The notes below the pieces were generated by a model. It made no database searches and was not told where the DNA came from. It saw only the letters and a program-made list of their open reading frames with translations. Position numbers and translations under genes: made by a program. Source: Eledone cirrhosa (taxonomy: Eukaryota). From it: a DNA stretch of 64,000 bases. Location: contig OZ024744.1 of assembly GCA_964016885.1 (NCBI GenBank), forward strand, positions 10,912,001-10,976,000. Reading direction: 5' to 3'. Shown here in pieces: positions 12,451 through 22,897 of the stretch (its first letter is position 1; every line of letters begins with the position of its first letter).

Positions 12451-12589
12451 ACACTTGTAGACATATATATAGATATATATATATTTGGACATTAAATGAT
12501 GTGTGTATGGAGAGAGAAACAAAAAATTGAAAACATGATCTAACTGTATATGAGTATGTGTGTGTGTTATCTGTGTATGTGAGTGTGAA

Positions 12590-13268
12590 TGTTACCTGTT
12601 AACCACTGAGCAGAACATCGAAATCTGTCAAGATCTCCATCAGTGTGTCGCTGATGACTCATCCTTCATTTCGCAGATCATTTACAGTGACGAGAGTTGG
12701 GTCTACGGTTATGACCCTGAGATGAATCAGCAGTCAACATGTTGGAAAAGCCATCCATCTGCATGACAAGACCACAGCTCATTGTTGTTTTCAACATCCA
12801 CAGTTTTATGTATCGATAATTCATTCCCCAGGGTCAGACCATCAATCAAGAGTTCTACTGCAACGTTTTGAGATGTTGGAGGGAGGACATTGAGTGAAAG
12901 CGACAGATCTGTGGATCACGATGACAATGCACACTCTGACTGAACTCACCAAAAACAACATTGTATCACTTCCACACCCACCGTATTCACAAGATTTAGC
13001 ACCTGTAGACTTCCATCTCTTCTCCAAGCTGATAATGCAGCTCAAAGGTCACCGTTTTAACACCTTTGACAAGATCCAGAGTGAATCACAGAAGGTCCTC
13101 AACTTGCTTATGGAAAACGACTTTGAGACCGGATTCCAAAAGTGGGACTGGTGTATTGCAGTGAAACGGGACTATTTCAAAAGAGATGATATTAAAACTT
13201 AAGTAAATATATTTTATATATTTTTAAACATAACTTGTCTCAGAACTTTTTGATATCACCTCACCTCA
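12590..13268 (+). mobile_element. mariner (DD34D-type) transposon 3' fragment
   Basis: IIYSDESWVYGYDPE and HPPYSQDLAPVDFHLFSKL (YSPDLAP motif); a TIR-like end CAGAACTTTTTGATATCACCTC is followed by TATATA. Confidence 0.85.
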
Positions 13269-13274
13269 TATATA

Positions 13275-13617
13275 TCATTTCATTCATCATTTCATTTTAC
13301 GTCCACTTTTCCCTGCTTGCAAGGGTGGGACGGGAACTGATTCTGGCTTGATTTCTACAGCTGGATGCCCTTCCTAACACCAACCTCATTTACAGTGAGT
13401 GCTGGGTGCTTTTTTGCCATGGCACCTCCACAAACACTTTGCAGTGGAATGATATGGACCCCAGCCCCTATCATCTCATTTCTACAGCTGAGTAAACTGG
13501 AGCAATGAGAAATAAAGTGTCTTGCTCAAGGAAACAACACATCACCCGGTCTGAGAATTGAACTCACAACCTTTCAATTGCAAGGCCAATGCTCTAACCA
13601 CTAAGCCATGTGCCTCC
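13275..13617 (-). mobile_element. tRNA-derived SINE, same family as 138-479
   Basis: The reverse complement aligns end to end with 138-479 with only scattered substitutions. Confidence 0.92.
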
Positions 13618-13621
13618 ATAA

Positions 13622-14815
13622 ATATTTAGCTTTTGTAGACCTGGAGAAAGCCTTTGACAGAGTCCCCCGCTCCATTATCTGAAAAGTAGGAGTAGATGAA
13701 TGGCTTGTGAGAGCTATACAAGCCATGTATAAAGAAACAGTCAGCAAGGTTATGAAGGTTATCAGCAATGAATATTGTGAAGAATTTAGTGTAAAAGTTG
13801 GTGTTCATCAAGGCTCTGTCCTTAGCCGCCTCATATTTATTATTGCCCTTCAGGCTATAACAGAGGAGTTCAAGACTGGCTGCCCATGGGAACTTCTATA
13901 CGCTGATGATCTAACGCTCATAGCTGAATCAATGGCTGAACTAGAGAAGAAATTCCAAACATGGAAGCATGGCCTAGAATCAAAAGGCCTTAAAGTTAAC
14001 TTGTCTAAGACTAAAGTTCTAGTTTGTAGAAAGGAAAATAGGGCACAGGTGCCCTCTGGGAAATGGCAATGCTCAGTGTGTAGGACAGTAGTAGGCAGAA
14101 ACTCCATTTTATGTCCCAAATGCAAAGTATGGATACATAAAAGATGTAGTGGGATCACAGGTAAGCTAACTAAGAATATAGGTTTTATATGTGGCCGATG
14201 CTCAGGTGCAATAAATAGCAAGTGCCCACAGAATACTAGCACCTTCTATTGCCCAGATGGTTCTATAGAAAAAGTGAACACCTTCCGTTACCTGGGTGAC
14301 AAAATCAGCAGTGGGGGAGGGTGCTCTGAAAGTACAGTAGCTAGAGTCAGAACTGGATGGAAAAAGTTCAGAGAGCTTATACTGCTGTTGACCACAAAAG
14401 GTTTCTTTCTAAAAATGAAAGGCAGGCTGTATGATGCCTGTATACGAACAGCAATGCTACATGGCAGTGAGACCTGGACAGTGTGTGCAGAGGACCTGCG
14501 CAGACTGGAAAGGAATGAAGCATGCATGCTCCATTGGATGTGTAATAGTAATATACGTGAACGGCAAAGCATAAATGAACTAAGTGAGAAATTAGGAATA
14601 AGGGGGATTAGATGCTGTTTACTCGAGAGAAGACTACGTTGGTATGGTCACGTGATGCGCATGAAAGACGACAGCTGTATAAAAAAAAGTGCAGGGCGAT
14701 CAAAATTGATGGAAGCCATGGAGTAGGCAGACCCAGAAGAGAGATTTTTGGCGCTACACAGTAATACAGAAGACCCGCCTTGCCTATGTACAAAGTGAAA
14801 CCTACAGTCAGTAGG
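13622..14815 (+). mobile_element. RTE-related LINE fragment; RT carries an inserted PHD-type zinc finger
   Basis: AFVDLEKAFDRVP, VGVHQGSVLS, LLYADDL, GLKVNLSKTK, C4HC3 finger, FRYLGD, MLHGSETW, RLRWYGHVMRM (ORF 13707-14726). Confidence 0.9.
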
Positions 14816-14994
14816 CACCTCTTAACCAAATATACACCCCAATCCACTACCCCTACCCTATCCTCCAACTCCCACCAACACCACCCTCTCTCTGTAAAGT
14901 TGGTACCACAACATCCAGTCCAAATAAATGAGATCGAGATCATGTAGGTATCCTAAAAAAACACAGTCCACGCTGTAATGTGGCCGTGTAGGTA

Positions 14995-15166
14995 ACACTG
15001 TAAATGTGGTTGGTGTTAGGAAGGGCATCCAGCCGTAGAAAACCTGCCAGATAGTCCTATATGAGCGAGACATGGTCACCCAACCAGCCTTGCCTCAAGT
15101 GGGACAACTCCTGTCTAACCCATGCTAGCGTGGAAGATGGACGTTAAACGATGATGATGATGATGA
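14995..15166 (+). mobile_element. RTE-type 3' end or truncated SINE with (GAT)n tail
   Basis: CACTGTAAATGTGGTTGGTGTTAGGAAGGGCATCCAGCCGTAGAAA is shared with the SINE body (359-403); ends CCATGCTAGCGTGGAAGATGGACGTTAAAC(GAT)n. Could be the 3' UTR of the upstream LINE or a separate insertion. Confidence 0.7.
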
Positions 15167-15251
15167 TATATATATATACACAGGGAATGTAACATGAAGT
15201 TACTGTCGGTTCACCCAGGTGAGCATTCTGTAGAGCTAGACAGAGTGTAAT

Positions 15252-15486
15252 ATAATAATACAAGGATGATTTGTTAATCCTTCATTACGTTTATTGATTG
15301 GTGATGCACGTTTCACTATTGATAAGCTCAAGGTTCGATCTGTATTGATCTGGCCCGACTCTGGAATAATAAGCTCGTTGGACCTCTGTTGTAGTAATGA
15401 CATATAAAGCATATAAATGTCCATTCTGTCATTACACCAATCAATAAACGTAATGAAGGATTAACAAATCATCCTTGTATTATTAT
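15252..15486. repeat. Perfect 52-bp inverted repeat enclosing 131 bp; probable Penelope-like pseudo-LTR remnant
   Basis: 15252-15303 is the exact reverse complement of 15435-15486. The arm contains AATAAA and the interior holds a decayed hammerhead motif. Confidence 0.75.
15300..15384 (-). ncRNA. Decayed minimal type I hammerhead ribozyme, interrupted and probably inactive
   Basis: Minus strand: GGT-CCAACGA-GCTTAT[insert]CAATAGT-GAAA-CGTGCA-TC-ACC. Reverting four CpG-type transitions and removing the insert gives GGT-CCGACGA-GCT TATCAAT AGC-GAAA-CGCGCG-TC-ACC. Confidence 0.55.
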
Positions 15487-15504
15487 TATATTTATAAGGG
15501 AAAA

Positions 15505-16798
15505 AAAGTGAATATCTCAGCCAAAAATAAATTTATTGGAAAAATAGAAAGTGGCATAAAGATTAAAACAATCCCTCACGGCCTCCATCTGGCACATGTG
15601 GTCTTCACGGTGTCCTGAGGGAGAGTCTCAGATGCTTCATTAATCTTGTCGATCAGCTGGGAGTTGGTGTTACACTAGCATAGTTAGTGTCTTTCTCAAC
15701 AGCACCCCACATATAATAATCCATAGGATTGTAATGAGGGGAGTTAGGGGGCCAAAGGTTGGGGCTAGTGAAGTCATAAAAATTCTCTGACAACCATTTC
15801 TGTCTCTACGTAGAAGTGTGGCAGGGAGCTGAAACTTGCTACCACACCTATAGTATTCCAGAAGCCACCCTCTCCAACCAAGGCTTAACCACAGTAATCA
15901 GCAACTCCACATAGCCAGCTGAAATGAACCTGAGACCTTGTTCAAAGATGTGAGGTAGCATGATGTCACCCTCATTGGAGACATCCAAAAATCATTAAAA
16001 TTTGAGGAAACTGGATCTTCATGACACAAGGAACGTTATATGGATTGTTGGCAAGCCATCTGTTGTTCTGCAACCTGTCCCAACAAAAATTCTTTTCATC
16101 AAAGAAGAACCAAACTGTCCCTGGTTCAACAGGATGTTTCATTTTGTTCAGAAGTTTCTTTACCTTCATCTGAGAGTTTTCTCGAACCTTTTCTGTCAGA
16201 AGTTGACCTTTACGGCTCTTGTATGAGCGATAGTTGAGGCCCTCATTCAAGGCTAGTTTCATGGTGGAAGCTAAAACATCCATTTCTTGTGCTAAAGCTT
16301 GCATTCTCTTGCTTGGGTGTTCCATCACTTTCTCCTACAGTTGTTGGATAAATTCTGATGTATGGAGTCAATCAGAACATCTGCTGTCTCCTTTTCTACA
16401 AGCCATGACCTCGTAGTCTCTAATGCAGCTCTACATTTGACATCTTATTGCTTTCACAGTGTTCAAAAAACATTGAGCAGCTGCCATGATTGTGGAATTT
16501 TGATGCCCAACACGAATCATGATCCAGGTTACCCTTTTCCAATATTCTGGTGGTTTCCACTTGTCCATCTCAGTTAACTTTGACATCTTTAAAAGTGTTG
16601 TAATTAAGTATCACAATTAAGTGGTGTAATTGAGTATCACAATTAAGTGGTGTAATTGAGTATCACAATTAAGTGGTGTAATTGAGTATCACAATTAAGT
16701 GGTGTAATTAAGTATCACAATGCCGATCAATTTTCAGACACAAGGGTATATTTAAAAAAAAAAAATTAAACTCTATCAAATCTATCCAGAATACCCTG
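15505..16798 (-). mobile_element. Tc1/mariner DD37D (maT) transposon, degenerate
   Basis: VWFFFDEKNF; Q(V<D)SAPCHTS...WPPNSPHYNPMDY with 37 residues counted between the second and third catalytic positions; 5' end TA|CAGGGTATTCTGG at 16798. The 3' TIR is not clearly seen. Confidence 0.85.
16593..16721. repeat. 26-bp minisatellite, about 5 copies (GTAATTGAGTATCACAATTAAGTGGT)
   Basis: Units start at 16600, 16626, 16652, 16678 and 16704. Confidence 0.95.
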
Positions 16799-16846
16799 TA
16801 TATATCATCATCACCATTTTCCGTCCATTTTTTCATGCTAGCATGG

Positions 16847-16857
16847 GTGTGTGTGTG

Positions 16858-16928
<71 letters not shown>
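16847..16928. repeat. (GT)n(GA)n microsatellite
   Basis: Directly visible. Confidence 0.95.
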
Positions 16929-16929
<1 letters not shown>

Positions 16930-17116
16930 AACATATCTGTGAGAAAAAAGAAAGAAAATAGAAATGAAGAGGAAACATGAATAATTTTGTTTGTTTTGTA
17001 AATAAATACACATTCAATAATAACTCATTGCAGTGATAAGATATATATCTATATATGTGTATATATACTGTGCATGTATGTATGTATAAATACATATGTA
17101 TAGTAAGCAGTACAGT

Positions 17117-18345
17117 GAACCAAATATCTATGTGTATGGTAAACGACTTGGTGTGGTTGATCAGTTTATCTACCTGGGAAGCACTGTCAATCGATACAGC
17201 AACCTTGATAGCGAAATCCCACTCAGGATTAGGAAAGCTAGAAAGGCGACTTTGGAGTCGGCGAGACATATGCAAGAAGACAAAGGTAAAGGTATACAAG
17301 GCATGTGTGCTCTTTTCTCTTCTTTATGCCTGGGAGACCTGGATCACATATCGACACCACCTTAAGCAATTGGAGTGTTTCCTTCAGATGTGTCTCAGAC
17401 AGATCCATGGCGTTCACTGGAGAGACCACATCAGTGATGTCGAGATTTTGGAAAGCTCTCTGTGTGAAAGTATAGAAGCTCTTGTGTTTAAGCAAAGACT
17501 CCGGTGGAGTGGTGACCTTGCCAGGATGAAGGATTCTAGAATACCAAAACAACTCTTTTATGGAGAGTTGGTTAAAGGAAAACGACCTCCACATAAACCA
17601 AAAAAGAGGTATAAGGATTCCTTGAAAGCCTCTCTGAAAGACGCTAACATCTCTGCTGATACAAGGGAAAATATTGCTGCTGATCGTAATAAATGGAGAA
17701 TATATGAGGGGTAAGTTGCCTTTGAGGCATCTCGAATTGCATACGAGAAAGTAAAGCGGGATGTGAGGAAAGGCATTGCTGTTGCACTTCCAGACGGCAA
17801 AGGCCCTCCTATGGTGCTGACATGCAGCGTCTGTGCGAGACTCTGCCTAAGAAAAACTGAACTCGAAAGTCATCTTCGCAGTCGTAAAGTAAGACCAGTG
17901 GTTGACTACCAGGCTTCTGTTGGAGATGCTACTCATCATGCCTGCCAAGCATGTGGTAGAGAATGTAAATCAGCAGGAGGGCTCAAACAACATGCAAAAG
18001 TACACGAACTCCAACCACAGCCGACTATTCCCAGTGAATGTTTTGGTTGCCGACTCTGTGCAAGACATTTTAGATCATTGGCTGGGCTAAAAAGTCACAT
18101 TCGATCGCAGCACTGTTAATTTCTATCGTGTGTGTGTGTGTGTGTATAGATATGTTTATGTGTGTATGTGTGTGTATATATATATATGTATATTATTATT
18201 GTTGTGGTTGTTGTCGTTATTATTATTGTTGTTATTATTATTGTTATTATTATGTTGTTTTTTTCTCGTCCAATGGCCATACTCGATAACGAGGGGGCAG
18301 CCATCATCATGTATGATGTATGTATATTATAGTATGTATGTATGT
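17117..18345 (+). mobile_element. RTE-clade LINE 3' fragment with three C-terminal C2H2-like zinc fingers; 3' UTR interrupted by a microsatellite
   Basis: FIYLGS, LLYAWETW, RLRWSGDLARM..SRIPKQLFYGEL, fingers CSVCARLC.., CQACGRECKSAGGLKQHAKVH and CRLCARHFRSLAGLKSHIRSQH; ends ...GCAGCCATCATCATGTATG. Confidence 0.88.
18128..18256. repeat. Compound (TG)n/(TA)n/(TTA,TTG)n microsatellite
   Basis: Directly visible. Confidence 0.9.
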
Positions 18346-19395
18346 TCATTATAGTCCTCCAAGCCATAACAGAGGAGTTTAAGACTGGCTGTCCATGGGA
18401 ACTTCTCTATGCTGATGATCTGGTTCTTATAGCAGAATCAGTAGAGGAGCTAGAGAATAAATTCTGGCTATGGAAACAGCAGTTGGAAGCAAGAGGACTG
18501 AGAGTGAATCTAGCTAAGACAAAAGTGTTGATGAGTAGAAAAGAGGACAAAAGTCTGATTCCGTCAGGGAAATGGCCATGTTCCATATGCAGAAAAGCAA
18601 CTGGCATAAATTCTATAAAATGCACACAATGCAGATCCTGGGTACACAAGAGATGTAGCAGGATAGCAGGCAAACTAACAGGTAGGGAGAAATATGTATG
18701 CAGTAGATGTACAGGGAAATTAGAAAGTAGAAGTCGCATTGATAGACACATTTTTCAGATGCAGGAGGGCGCTATAGAAGTGGTGGATAGCTTCCGGTAC
18801 CAAGGAGATCAGATTAGCATGGGAGGAGGGTGTTCTGAGGCCATAGTATCTAGAATAAGGACGGGTTGAAAAAGTTTAGGGAGCTGCTTCCTCTGTTGAC
18901 GAAGAAGGGTTTCTCGCTACTAAAGAAAAGCTGGTTATATGATGTCTGTGTGAGATGCGTGATGCTGCATGATAGTGAGACATGGGCAGCAACTGCAGAG
19001 GATATGCGACGGTTGGAGAGAAATGAGGCAAGCATGCTCCGTTGGATATGCAATGTCAATGTGCGTGAACGACCCAGCATGTGTTGAGAGAGAAACTGTA
19101 TTTAAGAGGGATAAGCTGTAGTGTGCAGGAGTGAAGACTGAGATGGTATGGACATGTGATGCGCATGGAGGATGACCGATGGGTGAAGAAGTGCCAGGAA
19201 ATGCCAGTTGAAGAAAGACGTAGTAGAGGAAGACCCCGAAAAACATGGGTGGAGGTGGTGAGAGCTGACCTCAGATCACTGAAGCTCACAGAAGAGATGA
19301 CAAAGGACCGTGACAAGCGGAGAGATGTTGTGCTGAATAGGACCCATCCGACCCTTGCAAGCAGGGAACAACCGACATAAAATGATGATGATGAT
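18342..19395 (+). mobile_element. Second PHD-containing RTE-related LINE, 5'-truncated, with intact 3' end and (GAT)n tail
   Basis: LQAITEEFKTGCPWELLYADDL, C4HC3 finger, LRWYGHVMRM, RGRPRKTW; ends CCGACCCTTGCAAGCAGGGAACAACCGACATAAAA(TGA)n. Confidence 0.9.
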
Positions 19396-19496
19396 TATAT
19401 ATATATATATATATATATAACGAAGGAAGTGTGGTAAGGAACCAGATGGACCATAACACACCAGAGTACTCAATACTTAGGGTAGTAGAGTGAGTA

Positions 19497-19602
19497 ATAG
19501 GAAAATGTTTAACCCCGACGGAAGATCTCAAGCTGTTTCTGAGTCCAGAAATAGCCGTCGAAACAGCTTGAGCTCTGCTGTCAGGGTTAAACATTTTCCT
19601 AT
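19497..19602. repeat. Hairpin: 43-bp imperfect inverted arms with a 20-nt loop
   Basis: ATAGGAAAATGTTTAACCCCGACGGAAGATCTCAAGCTGTTTC (19497-19539) pairs with GAAACAGCTTGAGCTCTGCTGTCAGGGTTAAACATTTTCCTAT (19560-19602). Confidence 0.9.
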
Positions 19603-19754
19603 ACATATATACAATATATTAATAAATGGAAACTATATTTATAAAACCATAATTATTTTATTATATATATTTCAAAAGCAACCAAGGCAGTCTTGGTGCG
19701 CTTTCATCAGATAAAATACAAAATTTGTTTTAGAAATAGTGACATAGCTGTGGA

Positions 19755-19792
19755 AAACTCTAGGTCATGCACCGTCACTGTGCATACATACA

Positions 19793-19836
<44 letters not shown>

Positions 19837-19876
19837 GGTGTATGTATGCACAGTGAAGGTGCACGACCTAGAGTTT
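19755..19876. repeat. About 122-bp near-perfect palindrome centred on (TA)n
   Basis: AAACTCTAGGTCATGCACCGTCACTGTGCATACATACACC-(TA)~20-GGTGTATGTATGCACAGTGAAGGTGCACGACCTAGAGTTT; 40-bp arms with 2 mismatches. Confidence 0.92.
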
Positions 19877-20165
19877 AGGGTGTTGTGCTCAAGATTGGAT
19901 TGCTGAATTTGGAGAGTGGGTAGCAAGTTGGTTTAGTTGGCGTCATGGCTACAGGTTGGTGTTTGGTTTGGGGTGTTTTCTTAGTGTTTTGTGGACTGAT
20001 TGAAGCAATAATGGTCTAATTTACGTATGTATAAAAAATGGGTCTTCACCCTATTTTATAACATCTCCATATATGAGCACATCATTCTTTATATTAACTT
20101 TATCTCCTCAGCACTTCATAGAAATTCAAGAGGTCATCTATGTATATATAATGTATATATATATA

Positions 20166-20232
20166 TCATCATCATCATCATCATTTCATTTTACGTCCGC
20201 TTTACCCTGCTTGCAAGGGTGGGACGGGAACT
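20166..20232 (-). mobile_element. 3' tail only of the same SINE family, cut off by the satellite
   Basis: (TCA)n TTTCATTTTACGTCCGCTTTACCCTGCTTGCAAGGGTGGGACGGGAACT matches 13275-13338; satellite monomers follow directly. Confidence 0.88.
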
Positions 20233-22897
20233 TGTGTTGTTGTACTCCAATATGTTGTGTTGTTATACTCCAATGTGGTGTGCTGTTGTAATCCAATATG
20301 TTGTGTTGTACTCCAATATGTTGTGTTGTTATACTCCAATATGTAGTGTTGTTATACTCCAATATGTTATGATGTTGTAGTGCAATATATTGTGTTGTTG
20401 TACTCCAATATGTCTTGTTATAGTCCAATATGTCGTGTTGTTGTACTCCAATATGTCATGTTGTTGTACTCCAATATTTCGTGTTGTTGTACCCCAATAT
20501 GTCGTGTTGATTATACTACAATTTTTGTTGCTGTTGTACTCCAATATGTTGTGTTGTTGTACTCTAATATGTTGTGTTGTTATTCTCCAATATGTTGTGC
20601 TGTTGTACTCCAATGTGTTATGTTGTTATACTCCAATATGTTGTGCTGTGATACTCCAATATGTTGTGTTGTTGTACTCCAATCTGTTGTGTTGTTATAC
20701 TCCAATATGTTGTGTTGTTATACTCCAATATGTTGTGTTGTTTTACTCCAATATGTTGTGTTGTTGTACTCCAATATGTTGTGTTGTAGTACTCCAATAT
20801 GTTGTGTTGTTGTAATCCAATATCTTGTGTTGTTATACTCCAATATGTTGTGTTGTTGTACTCCAATATGTTGTGTTGTTGTTCTCCAATATGTTGTGTT
20901 GTTATACTCCAATATGTTGTGTTATGATACTCCAATATGTTGTGCTGTTGTACTCCAATATGTTGTGTTGTCGTACTCCAATATGTGATGTTGTACTCCA
21001 ATATGTCCTGTTGTTATACTCCAATATGTTGTGTTGTTATACTCCAATATGTCATGGTGTTGTACTTCAATATGTCGTGTTGTTGTACTCCAATATGTTG
21101 TGTTGTTGTACTCCAATACGCGATGTTGTTGTACTCCAATATGTTGTGTTGTTTTACTCCAATATCTTGTGTTGTTATACTCCAATATGTTGTGTTGTTA
21201 TACTCCAATATGTTTTGTTTTTGTACTCCAACATGTTGTGCTGTTGTACTCCAATATGATGTGTTGTTGTACTCCAATATGATGTGCTGTTGTACTCCAA
21301 TGTGTTGTGTTGTTGTACTCCAATATGTTGTGCCGTTGTACTCCAATATTTTTTTTGTTTTTGTACTCCAATATGTTGTGTTTTTATACTCCAATATGTT
21401 GTGTTGGTGTACTCCAATATGGTGTGCTGTTGTACTCCAAATCTCGTGTTGTTATACTCCAATGTGTTGTGTTGTTATACTCCAATATGGTGTGTTTTTG
21501 TACTCCAATATGTTGTATTGTTTTTCTCCAATATGTCATGTTATACTCCAATATGTTGTGTTCGTGTACTCCAATATGTTGTGTTATTGTACTCCAATAT
21601 GTTGCGTTCTTGTACTCCAATATGTTGTGTTGTTATACTCCAATATGTTGTGTTGTTGTACTCCAATATGTTGTTTTGTTGTACTCCAATATGTCATGTT
21701 GTTGTACTCCAGTATGTCTTGTTATACTCCAATATGTCGTGTTGCTGTACTCCAATATGTCATGCTGTTGTACTCCAATATGTTTTGCTGTTGTACTCCA
21801 CTGTGTTGTGTTGTTGAACTCCAATATGTTGTGTTGTTGTTCTCCAATATTTTGTGATGTTGTACTCCAATGTGTTGTGTTGTTATACTCCAATATGTTG
21901 TGTTGTTATACTCCAATATGTTGTGTTGTTATACTCCAATATGTTGTGTTGTTGTACTCCAATATGTTGTGTTGTGATACTCCAATATGTTGTGCTTTTG
22001 TACTCCAATATGTTGAGTTGTTATACTCCAATATGTAGTGTTGTTATACTTCAATATGTTGTGTTGTTGTACTCCAATATGTTGTGTTGTTGTACTCCAA
22101 TATGTTGTGTTGTTGTACTCCAACATGTTGTGTTGTTGTACTCCAATATGTGATATTGTTGTACTCCAATATGTCGCGTTGTTGTACTCCAATATGTTGT
22201 GTTGTTATACTCCAATATTTCGTGTTGTTTTACTACAATATGTCATGTTGTTGTACTCCAGTATGTCTTGTTATACTCCAATATGTCGTGTTGCTGTACT
22301 CCAATATGTCATGCTGTTGTACTCCAATATGTTTTGCTGTTGTACTCCACTGTGTTGTGTTGTTGAACTCCAATATGTTGTGTTGTTGTTCTCCAATATT
22401 TTGTGTTGTTGTACTCCAATTTGTGTTGTTGTACTCCAATATGTTGTGTTGTTGTACTCCAATATGTTGTGTTGTTGTACTCCAATATGTTGTGTTGTTT
22501 TACTCCAATATGTTGTGCTGTTGTACTCCAATATTTCGTGTTGTTGTACTCCAATACGTCGTGTTGTTGTACTCCAATATGTTTTGATGTTGTACTCAAA
22601 TATGTTGTGCTGTTGTACTCCAATATGTTTTGATGTTGTACTCCAATATGTTGTGTTGTTGTACTCCAATCTGTTGTGTAGTCGTACTCCAATATGTTGT
22701 GTTGTTGTACTCCAATATGCTGTGATGTTGTACTCCAATATGATGTGATGTTGTACTCCAATGCGTTGTGTTGTTGTACTCCAATGTGATGTGTTGTTGT
22801 ACTCCAATATGTTGTGCCGTTGTACTCCAATATTTTTTATATTTGTACTCCAATATGTTGTGTTGTTATACTCCAATATGTTGTGTTGTTATACTCA

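Noticed and set aside
138-13617. Large composite element bounded by ~340-bp inverted repeats
   Set aside because: The arms are two SINE copies; the first has its own TSD inside an R4-like element, so they are independent insertions.
13707-14726. Intact or domesticated reverse transcriptase gene (339 aa)
   Set aside because: 5'-truncated, with a stop or frameshift just upstream, a frameshifted C-terminus and no endonuclease; an ordinary LINE relic.
15179-15200. TA|CAGGG at 15181 as the matching left TIR of the DD37D element
   Set aside because: Similarity to the right end (CAGGGTATTCTGG) does not extend beyond 5 bp, so it cannot be supported.
17763-18119. Host C2H2 zinc-finger gene
   Set aside because: It is collinear with RTE ORF sequence, and equivalent fingers end the other RTE copies at about 3860-4090 and 6080-6340.
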